Positions 10,481 through 20,530 of a stretch of 64,000 bases of DNA are shown here, one piece after another; position 1 is the first letter of the stretch; every line of letters starts with the position of its first letter. The notes beneath the pieces are model-generated. The model was not told the DNA's origin. It did not search any database and saw only the letters and a program-made list of their open reading frames with translations. A program made the position numbers and the translations under genes. The DNA is from an uncultured delta proteobacterium (GTDB taxonomy: Bacteria > Desulfobacterota > Desulfobacteria > Desulfobacterales > Desulfatirhabdiaceae). The stretch covers positions 32,001-96,000 of the forward strand of contig CAWBKP010000012.1 in the NCBI GenBank assembly GCA_963789395.1, read 5' to 3'.

Positions 10481-11545
10481 ACCGGTATTTAATCGTCAAA
10501 CTTCTGTCCATCACCCTCCTGGTGATCCTTTTCGTGGTGGTTCTGGTGTGGATTTCCATCGATACGCTGGCAGCGGGCTATTTCGTCACCCTCATGGAGA
10601 AGTACCACATTTCACCCGAGCCTGCCCATGACATGTTCGTCAGTGCCATTCACCGTTACCTGATCTGGACGTTTCTGGGAGGCGTCATCCTGGCCGCTGC
10701 GCTCAGCTATCTGATGATGCGCAGGGTTCTTAAGCCATTGACCCGTATGACCGACATCACCCAGGACATCGCGGCGGGGGATTTTTCGGTCCGGGTGCCG
10801 CCAGGGACCGCCGACGAGGTGGGACGCCTGGCAAAGGCATTCAATCTCATGGCGGAAAGCCTTGAAAAACTGGAGAAACTGCGCCGCAACCTCATGATCG
10901 ATGTGGCCCACGAGCTGCGAACCCCCCTGACCAACATCCGCGGATACCTGGAAGCCCTCACGGATAAGGTGGTTCCACCGACGCCCCAAACGTTCACCCT
11001 GCTCATGGACGAGACCATGCGGCTGGCGACCCTGGTGGAGGATGTCCTTCAGCTGGCCAGGGCCGACGCGTCACACGGAAAGCTTCAGATTGAAACACTC
11101 GACGTAACAGACACCTTGCGCGATGCTGTGGGTGCCTTCAGCGCACAGTTTCAAAAAAAAGATATTACACTTCACCTGGAGGTCCCACCGGACCCCGTGA
11201 TCATTCCGGCGGACCGTGACCGGTTGATACGTGTTCTGCGGAACCTGACGGACAATGCCGCCCGATACGCACCTGCAGGCAGCGATGTAAGCATCCGGTT
11301 GACGGCGGCGCCGGATGCAGACCAGGATAGATTTCTCCAATCCTTCAGGGGAAGTGACGAGCGCGGATTTGCCCTTTCTCTTCGAGCGATTTTACCGGGG
11401 AGAAAAATCCCGATCCCGGGAGCACGGCGGCGCCGGCATCGGGCTTTCCATCGTCAAGGAACTCGTGGAGGCCCACGGGGGATCGGTGGGCGCATCCCTT
11501 GCCGAAAACATTATTCATATTTCCATATTCCTGCCCAAGTCGTAA
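10477..11545 (+). CDS. HAMP sensor histidine kinase (BaeS-like), apparent frameshift near 11318
   Basis: Two TM segments, [13 protein letters not shown]-box, NLTDNA N-box; FERFYR and [10 protein letters not shown] continue in the frame of ORF 11315..11545. Confidence 0.85.
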
Positions 11546-11595
11546 CATTGTATTGTTTTCACTTCCTTCTCTGATAATCGGATTCTTGTTCGAAT

Positions 11596-11628
11596 CTTTA
11601 CAAAACCTTTATACATTCATTTAATTTC
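11596..11628 (+). promoter_or_regulatory. Three 11-bp-spaced direct repeats, putative OmpR-family binding site upstream of msrAB
   Basis: CTTTACAAAAC CTTTATACATT CATTTAATTTC. Confidence 0.5.
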
Positions 11629-11701
11629 AGACTTATATTCAAGCCAGGATGAAAGTAAAGAAATGAATATCGCATCTTGACAGTTTTCAAGGAGGTGTCT
11701 T

Positions 11702-12880
11702 ATGAAAAATCTGTTGTTTGTTATTTTAATTGCGGTTATCGCGCTTTTTGCTTATGGACGGGTTGTCGCTCAGAACGAGGCGCCCCGGACCCCCATGATG
11801 GAGAAGGAGATTCAAACCAAAACAGCCGTATTTGCCGGTGGGTGCTTCTGGTGCACGGAATCGGATTTTGAAAAGGTTCCGGGCGTTCTGGATGCTGTTT
11901 CAGGATATACCGGCGGCACCGTAGCCAATCCCACCTACGAGCAGGTGTCTGCAGGCGGTACCGGGCATGTGGAGGCCGTCCAGGTTATCTATGATCCTGC
12001 CAAAGTTACTTATGGACAATTACTGGATGCCTTCTGGCGTCATATGGACCCAACGGATGGCGGGGGCCAGTTCGTGGACAGGGGGTCCCAGTACCGCAGC
12101 GTCATTTTCTACGCCGATGAGGATCAGCGTCAGGCAGCCGAGGCATCCAAGGCAGCCCTTGCGGCTTCGGGTCAGTTCGACCGTCCCATTGTCACGGAAA
12201 TCCTGCCCCTGGGACCGTTTTATCAGGCCGAGGACTACCATCAGGATTATTACAAGAAAAACCCCGTTCGCTATCAATATTACCGTTGGAATTCCGGAAG
12301 GGATCAATTTTTGACCGCCGCCTGGAAGGAGGATAAATTTGCAAAAACCATGGAGACAGAGCAACATGACAAGAAAATGACAGCTAACAAAACGGGAAGT
12401 GCAGACATGGGAGATCCGATCAACCCGAAGGTGGAACAGATGACATACAAGATTCCGGACGATGCCACCCTGCGTCGTGAACTGACCCCCATGCAATATA
12501 ATGTGACCCGCCAGAACGGCACGGAACCGCCGTTTCAAAACGCGTACTGGGACAACCACGAATCCGGCATCTATGTGGACATCGTATCCGGTGAACCATT
12601 ATTCAGCTCCGCAGATAAATTCGAATCCGGGACGGGATGGCCCAGCTTCACCCGTCCGATGGCACCCGAAAATATCGTGGAAAAAACTGACAGGAGCTTA
12701 TTCATGACCCGAACGGAAGTGCGCAGCAAACATGCGGATTCCCATCTGGGGCACCTCTTCAACGATGGTCCCGCACCGACGGGGCTTCGGTATTGCATCA
12801 ACTCCGCGGCCCTGAGCTTCATCCCCAAGTCTGATCTGGAAAAAAAAGGGTATGGTCAGTATCTCGGGCTTTTTATGTGA
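11702..12880 (+). CDS. msrAB: Bifunctional methionine sulfoxide reductase MsrA/MsrB with signal peptide
   Basis: [17 protein letters not shown] (MsrA); GTGWPSF, HLGHLF.DGP, RYCINS (MsrB); hydrophobic N-terminus; RBS AAGGAGG. Confidence 0.95.
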   Translation: MKNLLFVILIAVIALFAYGRVVAQNEAPRTPMMEKEIQTKTAVFAGGCFWCTESDFEKVPGVLDAVSGYTGGTVANPTYEQVSAGGTGHVEAVQVIYDPAKVTYGQLLDAFWRHMDPTDGGGQFVDRGSQYRSVIFYADEDQRQAAEASKAALAASGQFDRPIVTEILPLGPFYQAEDYHQDYYKKNPVRYQYYRWNSGRDQFLTAAWKEDKFAKTMETEQHDKKMTANKTGSADMGDPINPKVEQMTYKIPDDATLRRELTPMQYNVTRQNGTEPPFQNAYWDNHESGIYVDIVSGEPLFSSADKFESGTGWPSFTRPMAPENIVEKTDRSLFMTRTEVRSKHADSHLGHLFNDGPAPTGLRYCINSAALSFIPKSDLEKKGYGQYLGLFM

Positions 12881-12942
12881 AAGGCATTGCAACAGGCAAG
12901 GATGCTTTCTTGTTTCACATTGCTTTTTAGATGTCACATGTT

Positions 12943-13147
12943 GTAACTACTCAGGTATTCAGGAGTCAGAATTCAGGAGCCAGAATGTGAGACCCAACTA
13001 TGAAGTTTGATGATTTGGTGGTGTGGCAGAAAGCACATCAAATCGTTCTTGCGGTCTATCCCTTGACGCGATCCTTCCAATGATCTGAAAAAGAGCTACG
13101 GCCTGTCGTTCGGGCTAATTCTGAATTCTGAATACCTGAGTAGTTAC
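12943..13147. mobile_element. 205-bp inverted-repeat-bounded element carrying a four-helix-bundle gene remnant
   Basis: Perfect 20-bp IR GTAACTACTCAGGTATTCAG (12943-12962) / CTGAATACCTGAGTAGTTAC (13128-13147); 7-bp-period CAGGAGT/CAGAATT units. Confidence 0.6.
13000..13105 (+). pseudogene. Truncated four-helix-bundle (23S rRNA IVP-like) protein
   Basis: MKFDDLVVWQKAHQIVLAVYPLTRSFQ* then out-of-frame YGL; matches the family N-terminus F.DL.VWQKA...Y.LT..FP..E.YGL. Confidence 0.75.
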
Positions 13148-13203
13148 TCTATATCTCAACTTTCTAACCGGTGTTTGCGCCAATCTTAACAGAGGACAAG
13201 CGT

Positions 13204-14202
13204 ATGGAAATAGATTCTGATTTTCTTTCTCCGCCGATTCACAGCTTTGCAGGGTTACCGATCTGCCTGCAATTGAACAATTTAGAAGCTGACATTGCAA
13301 TTATTGGACTCCACTATATCAGTCCCTATCCACCGAAAGATCCTGTTACTGAAGCGCAATCTGCGATGGAAACAGCCCCGGATGCCATCCGACTGCAATC
13401 GTCCAGATTTATCGATCATTTGGATCATTATGATTTTGATTTTAATGATGTCCTTTTGGCTGACCGTCCGATTCGGATCGTTGATTGCGGAGATATCGAC
13501 AAGAAGGCAAACAGCGATCTGCAACACCCGGAATATATTACTGCCGCTATTCGTGCAATCTTGGCGCAAGGCGTCTTGCCTATCGCTTTAGGCACTGACG
13601 AGGGTGGGTTCATTCCGTATTTAAAAGCCTTCGATGGCTGCGATGATCTTTGCATCGTGCATATTGATGCCCACATTGATTGGCGGAACGAGCGATATGG
13701 AGTAAGGGAAGGCTACAGTAGCGGCATGCGGCGCGCTTCAGAGATGCCATGGGTAAAATCAATGGCACAAGTTGGTTTGCGCGGTATCGGCAGTGCCAGA
13801 CAGCAGGAGGTGAACGATGCCCTTTCATTTGGAAGCGTGTTTATCCGTGCCCGTGAAGTTCACCAGAAAGGAATCGATGCCTGTGTTGATAAGATCCCGG
13901 CAGCGGGTCACTATTTAATCACCATTGATTCTGATGCATTGGATATTGCCATCGCACCAGGAGTGCTCTTCCCCAGTCCGGGAGGCCTTACCTTTGATGA
14001 AACCACGGACCTGGTGCAAAGCATTGCATCAAAAGGACGGATAGCAGGCATTAGTCTGTTTGAGGTTCGCCCGGAGCTGGATATTAACGGACTGACTGCC
14101 TTAACCGCTGCACAGTTAATAATCAATTTCATCGGTACGCTGTCCCGCAGCGGCCAAAAGGGGGATGAATCCAGTGTTGAATTATCCCTGAACACCGTAT
14201 AA
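13204..14202 (+). CDS. Arginase/agmatinase (ureohydrolase) family, non-canonical metal site
   Basis: HIDAHID, QVGLRG, ITIDSDALD..APG....PGGL, EVRP; start uncertain (13171 or 13204). Confidence 0.85.
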   Translation: MEIDSDFLSPPIHSFAGLPICLQLNNLEADIAIIGLHYISPYPPKDPVTEAQSAMETAPDAIRLQSSRFIDHLDHYDFDFNDVLLADRPIRIVDCGDIDKKANSDLQHPEYITAAIRAILAQGVLPIALGTDEGGFIPYLKAFDGCDDLCIVHIDAHIDWRNERYGVREGYSSGMRRASEMPWVKSMAQVGLRGIGSARQQEVNDALSFGSVFIRAREVHQKGIDACVDKIPAAGHYLITIDSDALDIAIAPGVLFPSPGGLTFDETTDLVQSIASKGRIAGISLFEVRPELDINGLTALTAAQLIINFIGTLSRSGQKGDESSVELSLNTV

Positions 14203-14260
14203 TTAAAATCATCGCGTCGGTTTGAAGGGAGGCGGGCAGGGCTGTGCGATAAAAAAGGAT

Positions 14261-14539
14261 TCATTTGTCGGAAATTTCTAGTCCTGTCTGGGTTATAAAC
14301 GCATTCAGATCATCCAAGTCGTGATGAAGGCCCAGGTCGCTGAACATCATTTTTGCCTTTTTCAGAAGTTCTTTGACCCTGATCTCATCGGCCCCCGCGG
14401 ATGTATTCTTGGTTTCATAGAGGCGCATACCCATTTCAGCATAAATTCTGGCAAGCTGGGGCCGCGCACCCAAACTCTCTCCTTCGCTGATTGCCTTGTG
14501 CCACCATTTCCTCCGCTTCATGCCCAGCCTCCGGATCAC
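14261..14539 (-). pseudogene. Orphan C-terminal TPR-like fragment of a larger signalling protein
   Basis: WWHKAISEGESLGARPQLARIYAEMG...LKKAKMMFSDLGL helical repeats; no plausible start or N-terminal domains. Confidence 0.5.
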
Positions 14540-14831
14540 ACGGTACTGATCAAGTGCCGGAAATCTCTGATGCTCCCGTTCCCTGTACCCCCATGGCTCA
14601 CCACGGATAGCCTTTTATGAATGTGTTTCGTGAATGTCCCGTAAGTCTGGATAGCTGGCTGATATTTTAACCATATAACCATTAAATTCAACATAATAGG
14701 GCGTTATCAACACTCCAGTCGTGCCGGTAGGTGTGGTTTTTACACAGGAAGATGACGCGTTCAACAGTTTTGAAAACAATTGCTGAAGCGTGTTATCGAA
14801 ATGAACAAAAAATCACAAGAGGGAGCTCACT

Positions 14832-15751
14832 GTGAATATTTCAGGTACCGACTGGCAATCAGTCGTTGTATCCCCGGAAAAGGCATTCTGGCCTGCGGGC
14901 CCGCCGAGGTCATGGATTTTATCCGTGGCGCGGAATTATCCGAAGGCGGGCGCACAATCTTTGCGTTGCGCAGCCGGAGCCGGAAAGGAGAGCCGAATAT
15001 CCTTCCCTGTATCGCCGATTTTCCCGATCAATACAGCGTCTTTGAATCCTCAAGCACGGTCGTCACAGAATACGGCTTTGCAAATCTCGAGGGCTGCACC
15101 GTCAGAGAGCGGGCACAGGCATTGATCGACATAGCCCATCCCGACGATCGGGCCAGTCTTATGGAGGCTGCCAGGAATCGAAAAATCGTTTACCACAACC
15201 AGATTTATATGCCGGAGAGTTCCCGTCTTTACCCGGCTGATATCACTTTGGTCCACACATTCCGCAACAACACCCAGGTGCGTTTCCGGGGCATCAGGCC
15301 CTCTGATGAAGAAGAAATGCGGCGTCTGTTTTACCGGTTTTCAGAAGAAGCGGTTTACAACCGGTATCTGCATGCCATCAACAGTATGCCGCACATAAAA
15401 ATACAGGAATATGTCAATGTAGATTAGAGCCAGGTCATGTCCATTGTCGGCGTGGTGGGAGAAGAAAAAAAAGGCCGTATCATTGCAGAGGCCAGGTACA
15501 TCTGAATTACGGCAAACAATTTTGCGGAAATCGTTTTTGTGGTTGACCCGGACTATCAGAAGCTTGGCATTGCATCGTTTCTTTACGGCATGCTGATCCA
15601 GTTGGCAAAGGAACGCGGTATCAGGGGCTTTGTTGCGGACGTATTATTCTCAAATGCCGGTATGATGCACGTGTTTAAAAAATACGGCCCGCCGATAAAG
15701 GCGCACTTAGAAAGCGGAATCTTTGATCTGGTCATTCCATTTGCAGAATAG
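14832..15751 (+). pseudogene. Acetyl-CoA hydrolase/transferase-GNAT fusion, internally deleted, two premature stops
   Basis: N-terminus DWQSVVVSPEK joined out of frame to DFIRGAELSEGG...VVTEYGFANLEG.TVRERAQALIDIAHPDDR; GNAT part interrupted by TAG 15425 and TGA 15503. Confidence 0.85.
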
Positions 15752-16045
15752 TGAATACCATTGATACCGTCATGTGTCATAAACCTTATGTCCATGAGGA
15801 CTCCATGTGCCATTAACCATTCGCCTATTTGCCTGTTTTACCTTTCCTCTGTGGTTCGAACGCATTTTAAAACATCCCTCCCACAACCATTGCGCACAAA
15901 ATGGTGCGGGAAGGCAAGTCTTGTATGAACACCGCAATCACTGTGATTGCGCCCTCCCTTACCTGTGGTGAGAAGGGAAGAATGTTGTGAAAACAGGCTA
16001 TGGGCTGTTTTCACACTTATAATTTATTATACGAGGGGATAAAAT

Positions 16046-16477
16046 ATGCTGGATCAAAACGAACTTTTAGTGGGGACAGGGAAGCTTTTTGTCAGAAATT
16101 TCATGGACATCGCTATTAAGACACCATACAGGAAAGGAGACATTCTTTTTCGTGAGGGAGACCCGGCACTAAGTTCATATACGATGATAAGCGGGAAAGT
16201 GAATCTGTATATCCGTACCGGCCATAATATATATACGATCAGCACTCCTGGAGAAGTGTTCGGCTGGTCAAGTATTGTGGAACGAAATGTCTATTCGGCA
16301 ACAGCAGAATGTATGGAACCGTCATTGCTGCTCAGGATAGATAAGAATGTGTTTCACTGTCTGCTTGAAGAACATCCGAAGTGTTCGATCATTTTCTATA
16401 AGAATTTTTCGAAAACATTGGGCAGCCGTCTTCTGGCAAGTTATGATTTTATTTCTTCCGCTTTACCGCCGTCATGA
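16046..16477 (+). CDS. Stand-alone cyclic-nucleotide-binding (Crp/Fnr-type) domain protein
   Basis: YRKGDILFREGD, PGEVFGWSS...YSATAEC; no HTH. Confidence 0.85.
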   Translation: MLDQNELLVGTGKLFVRNFMDIAIKTPYRKGDILFREGDPALSSYTMISGKVNLYIRTGHNIYTISTPGEVFGWSSIVERNVYSATAECMEPSLLLRIDKNVFHCLLEEHPKCSIIFYKNFSKTLGSRLLASYDFISSALPPS

Positions 16478-16874
16478 AAAAGATGATGATAACTCCTTCA
16501 AATTGGGTGGGGACGGTAAGTAATTTATTAAAAATAATGAACAGCCGGAATCACCCAATGGCACGTTTCATAATATAGGCCTGCTCAAAGATCTCCTCTC
16601 CAACGCAAAGCCTCCCGGCGATGCCGCTGATCCTGGCTGTGGTTCAGGTCCCGCGGCAGTTCAACGAATAAGGTGACAGTCTCTTGGATGCGGTCAGGAA
16701 AGTTTCCACTGCCCGGTGAGTGCCAATCTCCTCCACCTGTTTGACATTTTAAGAACATTCTTTTGCAACCTGCCGAACATTGCTGTGTCTATTCCATTAA
16801 ACAGTTGACGGGTGATTCCTAAATATCATAAAAGATGATATGTCAAATAAATTCAAAACAAAGCATAAAATCCA

Positions 16875-17525
16875 ATGACCAGTTTATTAATTGCTTTAAA
16901 AATTATTCCAATGATTTTCGCTGCCCTGTTCCCGGTTGTCAATCCAATTGGAACCGCCCTAATTCTTTACGGAATGACCAGAGGGGTTGACGATCAAACA
17001 TGGAAATCGGTTTCGAGAAACATTGCGCTGTATGCGTTTTTTTTGTTATCCGTTTTCTTTTTTTTCGGCGGTTACATTTTGAAGCTGTTTGGAATTTCCA
17101 TTCCGGTCGTTCAGTTTTCTGGTGGGATTACATTGGCATTGATGGGGTGGGGGCTTTTGAACCAGAAGGAGACCAGTGATTCCGTCACCACAGAGAGCGA
17201 CCCTGAATCCTCAATAGAATTGAAGACGTTTTACCCCTTTACCTTTCCTTTGACAGTTGGTCCGGGAGGGTTGGCGGTTGTGTTGACCTTCAGCGCCCAT
17301 TTAAATCGTGAATCCGGACTTCTCTTAACAGTGGAAAAAGGTTCAGCTATTGTCGGCATTTTCCTGACATGCCTGGTTGTTTCCATTTGCTACCGAAAAT
17401 TTAAAATTATGACCAAGAAATTTTCCGCTGCCGGCGCTTTGGCAATATCGAAAATTCTTGCTTTTTTTGTTCTTTGCATCGGAGTTGAAATTGCCTGGGC
17501 AGGCTTTAAAGCCCTTGGTAAATAA
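16875..17525 (+). CDS. MarC family membrane protein
   Basis: LFPVVNPIG, LFGISIP..QFSGG, FYPFTFPLTVGPG. Confidence 0.9.
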   Translation: MTSLLIALKIIPMIFAALFPVVNPIGTALILYGMTRGVDDQTWKSVSRNIALYAFFLLSVFFFFGGYILKLFGISIPVVQFSGGITLALMGWGLLNQKETSDSVTTESDPESSIELKTFYPFTFPLTVGPGGLAVVLTFSAHLNRESGLLLTVEKGSAIVGIFLTCLVVSICYRKFKIMTKKFSAAGALAISKILAFFVLCIGVEIAWAGFKALGK

Positions 17526-17669
17526 TTACTTGCTCCGCTTGTTGCAGCCTGCATATCCCTCAGGTATAAGGATGTGATATTCGAAGTTCATCAATTCTAT
17601 TCAAGTATTGAAGGTTACACAAGATAATCGTTTCTATAACTTAAAACGAAATAAAGGAGAAAACACGGC

Positions 17670-18260
17670 ATGAAAAAATTCTACTCGGCATTGATTGCAG
17701 GCGTTTTTATGGCAGGGCTTTGCTGCTCCTGCGCAACAACCGACCAGCAGTCAACAAACGCAGACAAACCGGGTGGTATCGTTGCTGACGTAGCTGTATA
17801 CAGAGCCACGGTCTATGCCATTAATTATGAGGCCCGCACCATGGTTGTCAAAGATGCGCAGGGCAATTCTCATTCCATCAAGGCAGGGCCGGAAGTCGTC
17901 AATTTTCCCCAGATTAAGGTTGGCGATGAAATCATTGCGGAAGCATCACAGTCTATCGCTATCTTTGTCGACAAGCCTGAAGCCAAGCCCGCTGCCTCTG
18001 CAAGTCTGAGCGGCGAGGTAATGCTTGCTCCATTGGGCGCCAAGCCCGGCATGGTTGCATCGAAAACGATAGAAATTACGGCTACAGTTCAAAATATCAA
18101 TTACAACACGCGCACCGTGACCCTTATGAAACCGGATGGCACAATCACAACCACGAAGGTAGATCCACGCGTTAAGAAATTCGACAATATTAAAACAGGC
18201 GATCAGGTGTATATGCAACTCACCGAGGAAATTGCGATCAGAGTTCAAACCCAAAATTAG
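17670..18260 (+). CDS. Hypothetical lipoprotein with a duplicated beta domain
   Basis: Lipobox-like signal; repeat ATVYAINYEARTMVV...FPQIKVGD / ATVQNINYNTRTVTL...FDNIKTGD; RBS AAGGAG. Confidence 0.75.
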   Translation: MKKFYSALIAGVFMAGLCCSCATTDQQSTNADKPGGIVADVAVYRATVYAINYEARTMVVKDAQGNSHSIKAGPEVVNFPQIKVGDEIIAEASQSIAIFVDKPEAKPAASASLSGEVMLAPLGAKPGMVASKTIEITATVQNINYNTRTVTLMKPDGTITTTKVDPRVKKFDNIKTGDQVYMQLTEEIAIRVQTQN

Positions 18261-18349
18261 CCCGGATCGCCCGGCACCCGGATTTGCTTTTCTTGATCGG
18301 TCAAAACAAAAAACCTCAAATCTGTAAATTTGTTTATTCAGCGTAAGAT

Positions 18350-19402
18350 ATGTTCAATAAAATTAATCTGGGTGAGATCGAGCGGGTGCGCCTTGTTCTG
18401 CGTGGCGGGTCGGCGATCGACTGGAGACGGCTGAATGTCTCATCGATTGATGAATGCCGTGCAATCCTGCAAGCCAATGCGTTTGATCCGGATGACCCTG
18501 CTGATGCAGCCCGTCTTGCTGATATCCGCCAACGCGCCATTGACTATCTGGAACGTAATTTCGGGTTCACTTTTGCCGCTGAAATTGTCGATTCGCCCCG
18601 GATGATTGATCTTATGCTCCTTTCCGCCGGAAAGGACCCGGTGCTGCAGCCTCAGGCATGTACGGTACTGAAACTCATGCATGTCATCCATCACTTGGAT
18701 GCTCGGAAACTCCGGCATAAACTGGCTGTATCGGACCATGAGCTTTATCACCTGGTCGAGGAAAAGGCCATGGCTGTCGCACGGGACATGAAAGATCTCG
18801 GATTTCAGATTGTGGTGTTTGCCAGCAGTCAGAAAACATACGATTCCCTTATCACGAAACTTATCAGCAAAAGGCAGACGATCCGGGCGCATGTATTCGA
18901 TATGCTCCGCTTTCGCATCGTAACAAAAACCATTCAAGACATCGTCCCGGTGGTCGCTTATTTATGTCAGCACCTTTTCCCATTTAACTACACGGTCCCG
19001 GGCGAAAGCCGTAATTCAATCTTTAATTTCCCGGACTTTGTCCGGGCCAACCCCGACATTTCGCCCCTGATACCGAAACTTCAGATCAGCCTTGAGTTCG
19101 AGGATGAGATGCGTCCGTTAGCGGATGCAAATACGAGCAATGAATTCCGGACAGTCAAATTCGTTGCAGATGTGCCGATCCGCGTGGATGAACAGCGGCT
19201 GCAATCATGGGCGCCCGGTGGAGGCGCAGCACCTGGAATCATCTACATGCTTGCAGAATTTCAGATAGTTGACCAGGCTACCCATCGAAGAAACGACTGC
19301 GGCACAGCATGCCATGAGAAATATGAAGCCCGCCGGTTGGCAAAAGTACGCAGGCGACTTGTCCAGGGGAGAATGAAATGGAGAGACACAGACGGCTTAT
19401 AG
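18350..19402 (+). CDS. TIGR04552-like protein (RelA/SpoT-synthetase-like nucleotidyltransferase fold)
   Basis: RLVLRGGSAIDWRRL, LKLMHVIHHL, K..DSLITKL, FDMLRFRIV, EFQIVD, HEKY...V.RRL. Confidence 0.75.
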   Translation: MFNKINLGEIERVRLVLRGGSAIDWRRLNVSSIDECRAILQANAFDPDDPADAARLADIRQRAIDYLERNFGFTFAAEIVDSPRMIDLMLLSAGKDPVLQPQACTVLKLMHVIHHLDARKLRHKLAVSDHELYHLVEEKAMAVARDMKDLGFQIVVFASSQKTYDSLITKLISKRQTIRAHVFDMLRFRIVTKTIQDIVPVVAYLCQHLFPFNYTVPGESRNSIFNFPDFVRANPDISPLIPKLQISLEFEDEMRPLADANTSNEFRTVKFVADVPIRVDEQRLQSWAPGGGAAPGIIYMLAEFQIVDQATHRRNDCGTACHEKYEARRLAKVRRRLVQGRMKWRDTDGL

Positions 19403-19474
19403 CCAATGTCGATCCAGGGCAACCGATCGGCGGATCTTACAGGAAACAAGTGGAAGATTGGGGGAGCAGAGAAT

Positions 19475-20422
19475 ATGAAAATACTTTTTGCCGCTCATGA
19501 GCGCAGCTGGGGTGGATTTTTTGGCATGATCCGATCCGAACTGCCCGAGCATCAATTTGAAGCAACCGGAAGATTCGGGGTGGACAGCCTGAAAGGCTGC
19601 GATATTCTGATCCCCACCATGTGTCAGGTGACCCGGGAACTGCTTGAAACCGGTGATCGTCTGAAACTCATCCAGCAATGCGGATCCGGACTGGAAGGTG
19701 TTGATATCCCGGCTGCCCTGGAACGGAACATTCATGTCGCCAATGTCCCCACTGACTTATCCGGCAATGCCGGATCCGTGGCGGAATTAGGGATTTTCAT
19801 GCTGATCGGGCTCTCGAGAGATCTGCGAGGCATGGCAAAGAGCTTGGCAAATTGCAAAATGGGAGAGCCGCAGGGAAGGGCCCTGAGCGGCAAAACCGTG
19901 GGACTGGTGGGCTTGGGCGGCATCGGGCAGGCGATCATCGGCAGACTCAAGCCATTTGGTGTGCGTTTGATTGCGATCAAACGAAGCGACCCGGAAAAAG
20001 CAATGAAAGCGCACGGACTGGAATGGGTCGGTACCCCCGGGGATTTGTCGGAGCTGCTGGGTCGATCGGACTTTGTGATACTTTGTCTGCCCGTTTCCAA
20101 TGAAACCCGGTACCTCATGAATCGTGAAACATTCTCTCATATGAAGCAAGGCGCTTTCCTGATCAACCTGGCAAGGGGGGGACTCGTGGATCGCGATGCG
20201 CTTGCGGATGCTCTTGCCTCCGGCAAAATCGCGGGAGCCGGTTTGGACGTTTTCTGGGAGGAACCCCCGGACCCGAATGATCCCATTTTTGCGTACAATG
20301 TGCTGGCAACGCCACATATTGGCGGTTCAACGGATGTTTCGATGCAGGGAATTGTCAAGGCGGTGGCTGAAAATATCCGCAGAATCGAAAACAACATAAA
20401 GCCGCTCCATCTGAAGAGGTAA
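19475..20422 (+). CDS. D-2-hydroxyacid dehydrogenase family
   Basis: VGLGGIG, LINLARGG, AGLDVFWEEP, TPHIGG. Confidence 0.9.
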   Translation: MKILFAAHERSWGGFFGMIRSELPEHQFEATGRFGVDSLKGCDILIPTMCQVTRELLETGDRLKLIQQCGSGLEGVDIPAALERNIHVANVPTDLSGNAGSVAELGIFMLIGLSRDLRGMAKSLANCKMGEPQGRALSGKTVGLVGLGGIGQAIIGRLKPFGVRLIAIKRSDPEKAMKAHGLEWVGTPGDLSELLGRSDFVILCLPVSNETRYLMNRETFSHMKQGAFLINLARGGLVDRDALADALASGKIAGAGLDVFWEEPPDPNDPIFAYNVLATPHIGGSTDVSMQGIVKAVAENIRRIENNIKPLHLKR

Positions 20423-20530
20423 TGAGCTTAACTGCCCGTCATTGCGACAGTATTCATTTATTGCCCTATTGAAGACCATAAGGTGCGCTCAAGAATTTGT
20501 GCAAGAAGTGTAACCCCGTCAAAATATGAA

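Noticed and set aside
12943..13147. Diversity-generating retroelement (Avd-like gene)
   Set aside because: No reverse transcriptase or TR/VR pair; the 53235/54145 repeat differences are not adenine-specific.
14673..14709. Possible attC remnant (ATATAAC...GGGCGTTAT)
   Set aside because: Too short and lacks paired arms.
15425..15505. In-frame TAG and TGA as pyrrolysine/selenocysteine recoding
   Set aside because: Each is one change from a sense codon (TGG, CGA) at a non-catalytic position, and the gene also has a large deletion.
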